From contig CAYMOV010000005.1 of NCBI GenBank assembly GCA_964392085.1, positions 5,343 through 69,342 on the forward strand: a DNA stretch of 64,000 nt. Direction: 5' to 3'. Below the pieces are notes generated by a model. The model searched no databases and was not told where the DNA came from. It was given only the letters and a program-made list of their open reading frames with translations. The translations under genes were made by a program, and so were the position numbers. Source of the stretch: an uncultured bacterium. Its GTDB lineage: Bacteria; Oederibacteriota; Muellerivitia; Muellerivitales; Muellerivitaceae. Of this stretch, positions 1 through 8,827 are shown piece by piece; the first letter of the stretch is position 1; the number at the start of each line of letters is the position of its first letter.

Positions 1-9
1 GCTGTTTTC

Positions 10-1161
10 TTATGAAGCGGAAATCTTGACCCACCAGGGGGGTTGCAGCGGGTGGGGTTCCCTCCCGATCCGGAAAGGATCCAGGGACAGGTCGGTTTTT
101 TCACCCATGACCGCCTGGGCGATCAAGTGTCCTGAGGCCGGAGCCAAAAGGTGACCATGGGTGTGGTGACCCGCCGCCAAAAACAAACCCTCCACGCCCG
201 GCAGGGGGCCCAAGGTCGGATGGCCGTCCACTGAACCCGGGCGGAACCCGGAGAACATTCCCGATACCTTCAACGGTTCCAAACCCGGAACCATTTGCCG
301 GGCGGCGGCGGTGAGGGCTTCCAGCGCCGCGGGGGTCACGGACCGGTCAAACCCCACTTTTTCCAGGGTGCTCCCCACGTAAAGTTCCCCATCCCGGCGC
401 GGCACGATGTAGTAGCCCGAGGCGAAGAGGATGTGCTTCAACCGGCCCGAGGGTCCTTTCAAGAGGAGTACCTGGCCCTTGAGGGGATAGACCGGAAAGT
501 CCCAACCGAGCGGCTTGAGGAGGTCCGCCGACCAGGCCCCGGCCGCCACCACCACCCGTTCGGATTCGATGCGGCCCACGCAGGTCCGGACGCCCCGGAC
601 CCGGCCTCCCTCCACCAGGATTTCCTCGATCGCCTCATGGGTGTGGATCGGCACCCCCTCGACCCGGAGGGCCTCAATGAGGGACCGGCATAGCCGGACC
701 GGCCGGATCTGGACCGCGTCGGGCAGGCGAAGGGCCGACCGGACGTCGGGGGAGATGACCGGCTCCTTTTTCCGCGCCTCGGAACCGGTGATCCACTCGA
801 CCTTCAGTCCCAGTTCCTCGAGCTTTCCCCCCAAGTTTCGGGCGGTGGTTTCCTCCCGCTCGTTGAACAAAAGCCCCAGGGAACCGGACTCCATCCATTC
901 AGGGTCCATCCCCGAGGCCTTCTGGATCTCACGGATCCAGTCGGGGTAAAGCCCATAGGAGTAACGGCTGAGCTCAAACAGGGCCGGCGGGTCAAAGGCC
1001 ACGCTGTGAAGGGGCAGCATCCCCGCCCCGGCGGCGGATGCTTCCTGTCCGGCGGGACGGCGGTCATAGATCTCGACCGAAACCCCCCGGCGATGGAGGA
1101 ACCAGGCCGTCGCGAGGCCCATGAGGCCGCCGCCCGCCACGATGACTTTGTTTTTCGACAC
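10..1161 (-). CDS. thiO: Glycine oxidase ThiO / FAD-dependent D-amino acid oxidase family
   Basis: N-terminal GGGLMG FAD motif, ASxAGAGML, VVVAAGAWS, PLKGQ, GFRPGS; GTG start at 1161 after AGGAAGG. Confidence 0.8.
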   Translation of the reverse strand: MSKNKVIVAGGGLMGLATAWFLHRRGVSVEIYDRRPAGQEASAAGAGMLPLHSVAFDPPALFELSRYSYGLYPDWIREIQKASGMDPEWMESGSLGLLFNEREETTARNLGGKLEELGLKVEWITGSEARKKEPVISPDVRSALRLPDAVQIRPVRLCRSLIEALRVEGVPIHTHEAIEEILVEGGRVRGVRTCVGRIESERVVVAAGAWSADLLKPLGWDFPVYPLKGQVLLLKGPSGRLKHILFASGYYIVPRRDGELYVGSTLEKVGFDRSVTPAALEALTAAARQMVPGLEPLKVSGMFSGFRPGSVDGHPTLGPLPGVEGLFLAAGHHTHGHLLAPASGHLIAQAVMGEKTDLSLDPFRIGREPHPLQPPWWVKISAS

Positions 1162-1271
1162 CGGAAGGCCTTCCTGTGTGTTTAGTGGAACCCGAATGTA
1201 CTGGGAGGGGTCCGAAGCGTATGTGACGGCTGTCAAGTTCCGCGCCCGCCACCGGAAGGTATATTGCTGAA

Positions 1272-1757
1272 ATGGATACCCAAATGGAAGAACTTTCAAT
1301 CGCCGTCCTCCAACAAACCCACCAGGAACTTCGGACCGTCATGGCCCGCCACCAGCTCGCGCTTTTGGCGGGCGACCTGCCCCTGGCCCGCGAACGGTTT
1401 TTGGAGGTCATGGACGCCCTGGAGACCCATGCCTTCGAGGAGGACAACGTCCTGGTCCCGCCCTATAAGGACCGTTGCCATCCGTCCCCCGGGGGGGATT
1501 CGCGGAACTTCACCGGCGAGCACGAGAAGGTCCGGTTGTTCCTGGCCCGGATCTGGCAGAAGGTGGAGGACCTGCCGAAGTCCGTGGACGCCAAGTCGGC
1601 GACGATCGCCTTGTTCGACGACGAGGCCCGGTTCAAGGAACTCTTGGAGCACCACTTCAAGCGTGAGGAGATCTTCCTCTTCCCCGAACTGGACCGGGTG
1701 TTGACGGACGACGAGAAGCGCGCGGCCCTCGGCAAGCTCACCCTCCACTTCACCTGA
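1272..1757 (+). CDS. Hemerythrin/HHE cation-binding domain protein
   Basis: H..HAFEEDNVL..EHE..HHFKREEIFLFP pattern typical of HHE domains. Confidence 0.75.
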   Translation: MDTQMEELSIAVLQQTHQELRTVMARHQLALLAGDLPLARERFLEVMDALETHAFEEDNVLVPPYKDRCHPSPGGDSRNFTGEHEKVRLFLARIWQKVEDLPKSVDAKSATIALFDDEARFKELLEHHFKREEIFLFPELDRVLTDDEKRAALGKLTLHFT

Positions 1758-1768
1758 CCGGAACCAAT

Positions 1769-1862
1769 ATCCACCACAGGGACACTGGGACGGCTAAATA
1801 AAATCTTATGAAGATTTTCCGCTTCAAGTTATTCCTTCGGTCTCTGTGGTCCATGTGTTTCA
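1769..1862. repeat. Degenerate CACCACAG-type inverted-repeat element
   Basis: CCACCACAGGGACACTGG left arm and GTCTCTGTGGTCCATGTG right arm around an AT-rich spacer; same family as 26208-26320. Confidence 0.5.
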
Positions 1863-1871
1863 AATGTTTCC

Positions 1872-2642
1872 TTGGATATGATGTTTGAAATGGATATAAG
1901 CCCCGGCCTGTCGAAGACCTTCCCGACTAGTGACGGGGTTTCCATCGCCGTGACCCTCTCCCCCTCCGCGAATTCCGGTCGCCTGGTCATCCTCTCCCCC
2001 GGGTTCGCCCAACACCGGAACACTCCCGTGATGCGCCAACTGGCCCAGGGCCTCACGGACTTCGGGGAAGTCGCGGCGTTGGACCACCGGGGGACCGGCG
2101 GAAGCGGGGGCCGTTACGGCTTCGGCTGGAAGGAATACCTGGACCTGGAACCGCTCCTGGAATGGGGACGCCGTCGGGGAAAACAAACGGTCCTGGTCGG
2201 CTGTTCCATGGGCGGTTACCACTGCCTGAGGGCCGCGGCCGCCTGGCCCCAGTTCGTGGACCGACTGTTGATGGTATCTCCCCCGTCGGTTTTCGAGGAT
2301 GTCCTGGGGTCCGGCGGCGCTTGGCGGCAGGCCCTCCACGTCTCGAAGGATTGGAAGCTTTGGACCGTCCGGCTCCGGACCCGGCCCAACGTCTTCTTCC
2401 GCTACGGCCACCCCTTCCGGCCCAAACCCCCGGGCCGGGAACTGGCGGCCCAAATCCGGTGCCCCGCCCATATCTTGGCGGGCGAACGGGACCATTTGGT
2501 GTTCCCGTCTTTGAGCCGGGAGATCCATCGCGGCTTGGCCGGGAAGCGGAGTTGGACCTTGCGGAAGGGCGGCGAGCACGCCGAGGTGATGTATTTGCAG
2601 GACCCGGCGAGGTTTTTACGGTGGGTTGAACTGCATTTATAA
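1872..2642 (+). CDS. Alpha/beta hydrolase
   Basis: DHRGTGGS, nucleophile elbow GCSMG, GERD acid and C-terminal His (GGEH). Confidence 0.85.
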   Translation: MDMMFEMDISPGLSKTFPTSDGVSIAVTLSPSANSGRLVILSPGFAQHRNTPVMRQLAQGLTDFGEVAALDHRGTGGSGGRYGFGWKEYLDLEPLLEWGRRRGKQTVLVGCSMGGYHCLRAAAAWPQFVDRLLMVSPPSVFEDVLGSGGAWRQALHVSKDWKLWTVRLRTRPNVFFRYGHPFRPKPPGRELAAQIRCPAHILAGERDHLVFPSLSREIHRGLAGKRSWTLRKGGEHAEVMYLQDPARFLRWVELHL

Positions 2643-2689
2643 ACCCGCGTCTTCAACGCCGACCCAGAAACCAGCCACACCAGTAAGTA

Positions 2690-2725
2690 CCCCTCACCCA
2701 ACCCTCTCCCTCAAGGGGAGAGGGA
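2690..2725. repeat. REP-like palindrome CCCTCACCC..CCCTCTCCC-N-GGGAGAGGG
   Basis: CCCTCTCCC tcaag GGGAGAGGG hairpin preceded by CCCTCACCC. Confidence 0.6.
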
Positions 2726-2726
2726 T

Positions 2727-2769
2727 AAAAAAAAACGCCCCGGCGGTTCCCCGCCGGGGCGTTTTTTTT
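2727..2769. terminator. Bidirectional intrinsic terminator
   Basis: A-run, CGCCCCGGCGG/CCGCCGGGGCG stem, T-run, between convergent genes. Confidence 0.85.
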
Positions 2770-2812
2770 ATTGCTTGGCCATCCGCTACCCGCTATCCCC
2801 CATCAGCGATTT

Positions 2813-3211
2813 TCAGCCCCCGCTTCCCACCTTGCGCGGAGCGCTGACCTGCTTCACCGACACCGTAGGGGGCTTCACCGCGGCGTTCGGGGCGTAACCG
2901 TGCGGCTTCTGCTGGTCGTGGCCGTGGTCGGTTTCATGGGGATGGTCATGATCGTGGGCGTGGTCGTGCCCATGTTCCTTCTCGTGTTCTTCCGCTTCCT
3001 TCTCGGCCTTGGCCTTGGCCGCCGCGTTCGTCTTGGCCATCTCGGCGCTTTGGGCCTCTTCGTCGATCCTCAGGTGGCACTTCTTATATTTCTTCTTGGA
3101 CCCACAGGAGCACTCGTCGTTGCGTCCCAAGGACTTGAGCCGTTCCTGCCAGCCCTCGCTGCCCAGGGCTTTCGCCGGGGCATCGGATTTCGCCTTTTTC
3201 TTGTCCGCCAT
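2813..3211 (-). CDS. SEC-C metal-binding motif protein with His-rich tail
   Basis: GRNDECSCGSKKKYKKCH; HEKEHGHDHAHDHDHPHETDHGHD; ATG 3211 with GGAG RBS. Confidence 0.8.
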   Translation of the reverse strand: MADKKKAKSDAPAKALGSEGWQERLKSLGRNDECSCGSKKKYKKCHLRIDEEAQSAEMAKTNAAAKAKAEKEAEEHEKEHGHDHAHDHDHPHETDHGHDQQKPHGYAPNAAVKPPTVSVKQVSAPRKVGSGG

Positions 3212-3470
3212 GAATCTCCACCGTCCTTTCGTGCCGCCTATCCTAACCGCCTTTAACCCGCCTGAAAAGCTTCCCTCGACTGCCGCCAGGGTATTTAAGC
3301 CCCGGAATGGTCTTTCCAAGTTTGTCGTCTCTACATTCCAGGCTTTGCCTACTTTGGGTTGTGCCGTGGCTAACCGCCAACCGCTAACCGCTTGCGGTGC
3401 CGAGGCCACGAGCCGAGTCACATGCTTGGCATGTGCCGCGCAAATAGCGCGGTTCCACCTGCTGTCGTTC

Positions 3471-5138
3471 TTATTTTTTTCCCGACTTCTTCCCCTTCTT
3501 CACTTCCCGCTCCTGCCATTCCTGGTAGTCCTTGAAGGTGCCCGGGAAGTCGTTCCACTCCCCGTCGGCCTTCAGTTCCACGATTCGGGTGGCCACCTTG
3601 TCGATGAGGTCCTGGTCGTGGGTGGTGAAGAGCACCGTCCCCGGGTACTCCGCGAGGGCGTTCGAGAGCGACTCGATGGACTCCAGGTCCATGTGGTTCG
3701 TGGGCTCGTCCAACAGCAGGGTGTTGCCGCCCATCATCATCATGCGGCTGAGCATGAGTCGCTGGCACTCGCCCCCGGACAGGACCGTCACCTTCTTATC
3801 CTGTTCCTCGCCCGTGAAGAGCATCCGGCCGAGGATGCCCCGGATGAACTGGATATCCTCGTAGGGCGCGAATTGCTTGAGCCACTCGGCGCCGCTCATT
3901 TCCTCCTGCAGCTCCTCCTTGGCGTCCTGCGGCATGTAGGACAGCCTGACCGACTTGCCCCATTTGATCTCGCCCTCGTCGATGGGATGTCCCCACTTGC
4001 GGATGTACTCGCCCTTGCCGCCCTCGGGGTTGTAGGCGCCGATCAGGCTCTTGAGGAGCGTGGTCTTGCCGAAGCCGTTGGGCCCCAGGATGGCCACGCG
4101 CTCGCCCTGGCCCACCAGGAAGCTCATCCGCTTGATGACCTTCAGGTCGCCGTAGGACTTGGAGATGCTGCGGACCTCCAGCACGTCCTTGCCGAGGGGG
4201 TCCTTGGCCTTGAAGGCCAGCTTGGGGTACATCCGGCTGGAGGGGACGATCTCCTCGAGCTCGATCTTCTCGAGAAGCCGGGCGCGGCTGGTGGCCTGGG
4301 CGCTCTTGGAGGCGTTGGCGCTGAACCGGGCGATGAAGGCCTTCAGCTCCCCGATGCGCTTTTCCTTGCGCTCGTTCTCGGCCAATCGGGCCCCCAGCAC
4401 CTGGTCGCTGGCCATCTTGAAGTAGTCGTAGTTTCCCGGGTAGATGGTGATCTTCTGGCGGTCCACGTCGGCCATGTGGGTGCAGATGTTGTTGAGGAAG
4501 TGACGGTCGTGCGACACCACCAGGATGGTGCCCTCGAAGGCGTTGAGGTAGTCCTCCAGCCACTTGATGCTCCGGATATCCAGGTGGTTGGTCGGCTCGT
4601 CGAGGAGCATGAGGTCCGGCGAGGCGTAGAGGATCTGGGCCAGCAGCACCCGCAGCTTCCAACCCCCGGCCAACTGCTTCATCTGCCATTCGTGCTTGGA
4701 CGACTCGATGCCCAGGTTTTCGAGGAATTCCCCGGCCCCCGCCGTGATGGCGTAGCCGTTCTTGGCGGCGAACTCGTCCTCCAGCTCGGCGATCTTGTGG
4801 CCCTCGGCGTCGGTGAGGTTGGCCTTGGCGTACAGCCGGTCCCGCTCCTCCTGGAGCTTCCAGAGGTCTTCCCGGCCCATCAGGACCGTGTCGATGATCT
4901 TCATCTCGTCGTAGGCGTACTGGTCCTGCTTCAGCATCCCCATCTTGACGCCGCGGTCGAGGTCGATCTTCCCCTCGTCGGCGGCCATCTGCCCGGAGAG
5001 GACCTTCAGGAAGGTGGATTTGCCGGAGCCGTTGGCGCCGATGATGCCGTAGCAGTAGCCGGGCTTGAACTTCAACGTGACGTCGTCGAAGAGCGCCTTC
5101 TTGCCGAAGCGAAGGGTGAGGTTGGAGACGGAAATCAT
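3471..5138 (-). CDS. ABC-F family ATPase (YbiT-like)
   Basis: Two NBDs (GANGSGKST, GPNGFGKTT, LLDEPTNH twice), no TM segments. Confidence 0.92.
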   Translation of the reverse strand: MISVSNLTLRFGKKALFDDVTLKFKPGYCYGIIGANGSGKSTFLKVLSGQMAADEGKIDLDRGVKMGMLKQDQYAYDEMKIIDTVLMGREDLWKLQEERDRLYAKANLTDAEGHKIAELEDEFAAKNGYAITAGAGEFLENLGIESSKHEWQMKQLAGGWKLRVLLAQILYASPDLMLLDEPTNHLDIRSIKWLEDYLNAFEGTILVVSHDRHFLNNICTHMADVDRQKITIYPGNYDYFKMASDQVLGARLAENERKEKRIGELKAFIARFSANASKSAQATSRARLLEKIELEEIVPSSRMYPKLAFKAKDPLGKDVLEVRSISKSYGDLKVIKRMSFLVGQGERVAILGPNGFGKTTLLKSLIGAYNPEGGKGEYIRKWGHPIDEGEIKWGKSVRLSYMPQDAKEELQEEMSGAEWLKQFAPYEDIQFIRGILGRMLFTGEEQDKKVTVLSGGECQRLMLSRMMMMGGNTLLLDEPTNHMDLESIESLSNALAEYPGTVLFTTHDQDLIDKVATRIVELKADGEWNDFPGTFKDYQEWQEREVKKGKKSGKK

Positions 5139-5365
5139 GAAATCCTCAAGGGAATCAAAATGGGAGGCTGGGGGGCCCCGGGCCGGTCCTGGAAGCCGGG
5201 ATGATACACCTTCAGGGCCCTTTCACAACACCCGCCGGGACCGAAAAGAAGGCGGCGCGGGGCCCCAACGGCCCAGCCCATCCCCCGGGGGACGTTGGAC
5301 CGAAAACCCCCCAAGGGAGGTCCCAAAGAAAGGATAATGCGCGGACACCAACGGAAGTCACGGAC

Positions 5366-8300
5366 ATGGCCGACCCCCCCAAACGATCCCACCGCAAAGC
5401 CCTTCGACGGCTGGGGTATGCCCTCCTCTTGTTGGTTGCCCTCTTGGCGGCATTTTTAGGGTTCCTCACCACGCCCCCGGGCGAGAGGCTCCTGAAGGGC
5501 TGGGCCGAGGAATCCCTCTCCTCGGCGCTTCGGACCCGGGTCAAAATCGGGTCCATCGAGACCGACCTCTTGAGCCGCCTGGTCCTCCGGGACGTGCGGT
5601 TGGAAGCGGGCCCACCGGACCACCCCGACCCCTTCGTCCGTTTCTCCGTGGGCCGGGTGGATTACCAGCCCCTCGCCTTCCTGTCGAAACGGTGGTTTGT
5701 GCGCAATGTCCGGGTGGAGGACCTCGACGCGGTGCTCCGGCGCCAGGAGGACGGCACCTGGGAGTGGCCGTTCCTCCGCAAGAGCCCGGGGTCCCCATCC
5801 CAGGCCCCGAAGCCCAAGGGCTCGGGGTTCCAGGTCGACCTCCAAAAGGTGGAGTTGGCCCGTTTCAAGGTCCGGTACGACAATGAGGCCACCGGCCTCC
5901 GGGCCGCGATCGAGGGACCCGGGGGATCCTTGGAGAAAACCGGCGCCGGATGGAAAGCCTCGATGGACCTCACCCAGGTCCGCCTCCAAAACCAACGGGG
6001 GGCCGTGGTGGATGGCCAGGACCAGGGCCGGGTTGAGGCCGTCTGGTCACCGGAGAAGATCGAGTTGGAGCGCCTGGCCCTCACCCTCTTCGGCGGGAAG
6101 CTCTCGGCCCAAGGCACACTCTACCCGGGCGGGGTCATGAGGAAATTCCACCTCGCCCTGGCGGACGCCGACGCGGGGACCTTGGCGGCCTTCGCGCTCG
6201 GGAAAAAAACACCCTTTGAGGGTCGGCTCTCCTTCGACGCCGACCTCGACGGTTTGGTCTCGAAACCCCACAGCCTCACCTCAAGGGGACGCCTCACCCT
6301 GGACGACCAAACCCTCGGCGGTGATCCCCTGTTCACCTTGAACGCCGACTGGTCCCTCGCCCAAGGCCGCTTGGCCCTTTCCGCTTCCCAAGGCCCCAAC
6401 GAGATCCTGCTGAGGGCCAGCTTGGACCGGGCCGACCGGTGGAGCGGGCTTTTCACCGGGTCCATCGCGGATCCCGGGCCGCCGGCCGGCCTCCTGGGGA
6501 TCCCGAACGCCACGGGCCGTTTGGCCGCCACCGGCGACATCCGGGGATCCTTTTCCCGCCCTGAGGCGGACTTGGTCCTGTCGGGCGACAACGTCCGGTT
6601 GGACGGTTTCCCGGTGGACAGCCTGTCCGGCGGCCTCCTCCTCGGGACCGCGGGCGTCACGTTCCGCAAGGTCCAGGTCGACGGCGCCCTCCGTTCCCCC
6701 GATCCCGACCATCCGCTTTTGGGGCTCAAGTCCTGGTCCGGGGGCTTCCGTTACCACGCCGAGTTGGATGGGCCCTTGTCCGGACCCGAAGCCTCCCTGC
6801 GGGTTGATTTCACCCGGCCCGGCTTCGGCGGGATCAAGCTGGACCGGGCGGCCCTGCGGGCCACGATCCACCGGGGTGAACTCAAGCTGGACCTCTTCAA
6901 GGGCCAGCGGGATTTTGTGGTGGCCCAAGCCGTCGGGAGCCACTCCCTGAAAAAACGGACGGGTTCCCTCACGCTCTCCTTCCTGGAGGTCAAGACCAAC
7001 AAACGCAAGGGACGGAACGACGCGGGTTTCGACCGCCTGATCCCGTTGGAGAAGCTGGGGCCCGGCCGGTCGGAAAACCTGGAACTGAAATGGGCCCTCC
7101 AGGACTCCGGGGGCTTCCGTTTGGAAGCCCAAGCCGACAGCCTCAAGCTGGACAAGGTCTGGGCCTTGGCCCCCTCCGCGGCCCAAGCCGAAGGCCTCCT
7201 GGGTGTCCGCTTGGTCCTCCAACGCGAGCCCGGGGTTCCCCATCCCGGCCCGCTTGAGGTCTCCGGGGGGGTCACCCTGAGGGACGGCGCCTGGCAGGCC
7301 CAACGGGACACGGCTCCGGTGGAGAACCTCCAAGCCGTGGTCTTGTTGGATAAGTCCCGGTTGGTCCTCCAGAAGCTCCAGGGAACCGTCCACGGCCTCG
7401 CCTTGGAGCTCAAGGGATCGGCGAACCTACCAGGGTCCCGTTCGGAGAGGAAATGGGGCCTCACGCTCCTGGCGGACCGCCGGGAAGCCGCGACGGCCTC
7501 GGGCACCTTCGCCCCGGATCGGTTGGAACTCCAGGTCGGCCTGGCGAAACTTCCCGCCCAGGCGTTGGAACCCTTCCTCCCTTTCTTTTCCGGCATGGGT
7601 GGGGAACTCACCGGGCGGTTCAAGATCTCGGGAACCCCTTCTTCCCCCCGGTTGAACGGTCCCCTCACCGTGGAGGACCTCTCGTTCTTTCTCCCGATCC
7701 TCAACGCGAAAATCACCCAAGGAAACCTCACGGCGGCGTTCAACGGGCAACGGCTTGACTTGGCGGAATCCAAGCTCCTGTTCAACGGGGGCCCCGTCAC
7801 CCTCCAAGGCGGGTGGGACTGGGGCCAGGGTCAGGAGGATTTCGGGGTCGAGGCGAACTTCGCCAAGGTCAAGGTCGACCTGCCCCACCTCCTGTCCGGG
7901 ACCATCGATACCGGGCGGGCATCCTGGAAATCCTCCGAGGGAGGGTACCTCCTGGAGGGCGACCTGGATCTGGCCTCCGCGAAATGGCAGAAGGACTTCG
8001 CGGTTTCGGAGCCTTCCTCCCCGCCGGACCTGCCGCCTTTCCTGGCCCAAACGCGGTTTTCGGTCCGCTTCCGGGGGACCCATGACGCCTACCTCGACAA
8101 CAACTGGGGACGGATCGAGGTGGACGCCGACGCCGCCCTGGCCGGCACCTGGGCCGCCCCGACCCTGCTGGGCCAGTTCCAGGCCCTGGGCGGCAAGGTC
8201 TTCTACCTCGACCGGAAGTTCAACGTGGCCGAGGGGTCGGCGCAGTTCAACGACGCCACCCAGGTAAACCCCCTTCTTCACCTTTTGGCGGAAACCACCG

Positions 8301-8827
8301 TCCGGTCCTACGGCCTCACGGGAACGCCCTTGGACTACTCCGTCGTCCTGTCCATCGACGGTCCACTGGACCAGATGAGGCTCAACCTCATCTCCGACCC
8401 CGTGCTGGACTCCGCCGACATCGTCTCGCTCCTCACCCTGGGAGCCACCCGCAACCAGATCCTCGTGAGGAACCCCGGGGGGCCCGCCGCCGGGGACCAG
8501 ATCGTCAGCCGGGCGGGGTCCTTCACGACGAACACCCTGGCGGACTATTCCGCCCGGAAGGTCGGGCGGATCATCGGTTTGGAGGACCTCAGCGTGGAGG
8601 GCAACCTCTGGGGGGCCGGGGGCGCGTCCACCACCGATCCACGAATCAGCGCCACCACCCGGGTCAGCGACCGGATCAGCGTGACCTACAGCACTTCAGC
8701 GGGCCGGGACCTCAACCAATCGGTCAAGGTCGGTTATTACCTATCCAACCGGTTCTCCGTGGTCACCCAGGCCGGCCAAACGGGCGCCTCCAGCCTCGAC
8801 CTCAGCTATCGGATGCTCTTCAAATGA
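5366..8827 (+). CDS. tamB: Translocation and assembly module TamB family protein
   Basis: N-terminal TM anchor, long beta-rich repeats, DUF490-like C-terminus ending in SLDLSYRMLFK; ATGA overlap with Omp85 gene. Confidence 0.8.
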   Translation: MADPPKRSHRKALRRLGYALLLLVALLAAFLGFLTTPPGERLLKGWAEESLSSALRTRVKIGSIETDLLSRLVLRDVRLEAGPPDHPDPFVRFSVGRVDYQPLAFLSKRWFVRNVRVEDLDAVLRRQEDGTWEWPFLRKSPGSPSQAPKPKGSGFQVDLQKVELARFKVRYDNEATGLRAAIEGPGGSLEKTGAGWKASMDLTQVRLQNQRGAVVDGQDQGRVEAVWSPEKIELERLALTLFGGKLSAQGTLYPGGVMRKFHLALADADAGTLAAFALGKKTPFEGRLSFDADLDGLVSKPHSLTSRGRLTLDDQTLGGDPLFTLNADWSLAQGRLALSASQGPNEILLRASLDRADRWSGLFTGSIADPGPPAGLLGIPNATGRLAATGDIRGSFSRPEADLVLSGDNVRLDGFPVDSLSGGLLLGTAGVTFRKVQVDGALRSPDPDHPLLGLKSWSGGFRYHAELDGPLSGPEASLRVDFTRPGFGGIKLDRAALRATIHRGELKLDLFKGQRDFVVAQAVGSHSLKKRTGSLTLSFLEVKTNKRKGRNDAGFDRLIPLEKLGPGRSENLELKWALQDSGGFRLEAQADSLKLDKVWALAPSAAQAEGLLGVRLVLQREPGVPHPGPLEVSGGVTLRDGAWQAQRDTAPVENLQAVVLLDKSRLVLQKLQGTVHGLALELKGSANLPGSRSERKWGLTLLADRREAATASGTFAPDRLELQVGLAKLPAQALEPFLPFFSGMGGELTGRFKISGTPSSPRLNGPLTVEDLSFFLPILNAKITQGNLTAAFNGQRLDLAESKLLFNGGPVTLQGGWDWGQGQEDFGVEANFAKVKVDLPHLLSGTIDTGRASWKSSEGGYLLEGDLDLASAKWQKDFAVSEPSSPPDLPPFLAQTRFSVRFRGTHDAYLDNNWGRIEVDADAALAGTWAAPTLLGQFQALGGKVFYLDRKFNVAEGSAQFNDATQVNPLLHLLAETTVRSYGLTGTPLDYSVVLSIDGPLDQMRLNLISDPVLDSADIVSLLTLGATRNQILVRNPGGPAAGDQIVSRAGSFTTNTLADYSARKVGRIIGLEDLSVEGNLWGAGGASTTDPRISATTRVSDRISVTYSTSAGRDLNQSVKVGYYLSNRFSVVTQAGQTGASSLDLSYRMLFK

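Noticed and set aside
3009-5204. 731-aa plus-strand ORF
   Set aside because: Antisense shadow of the ABC-F gene; such ORFs are expected in GC-rich DNA
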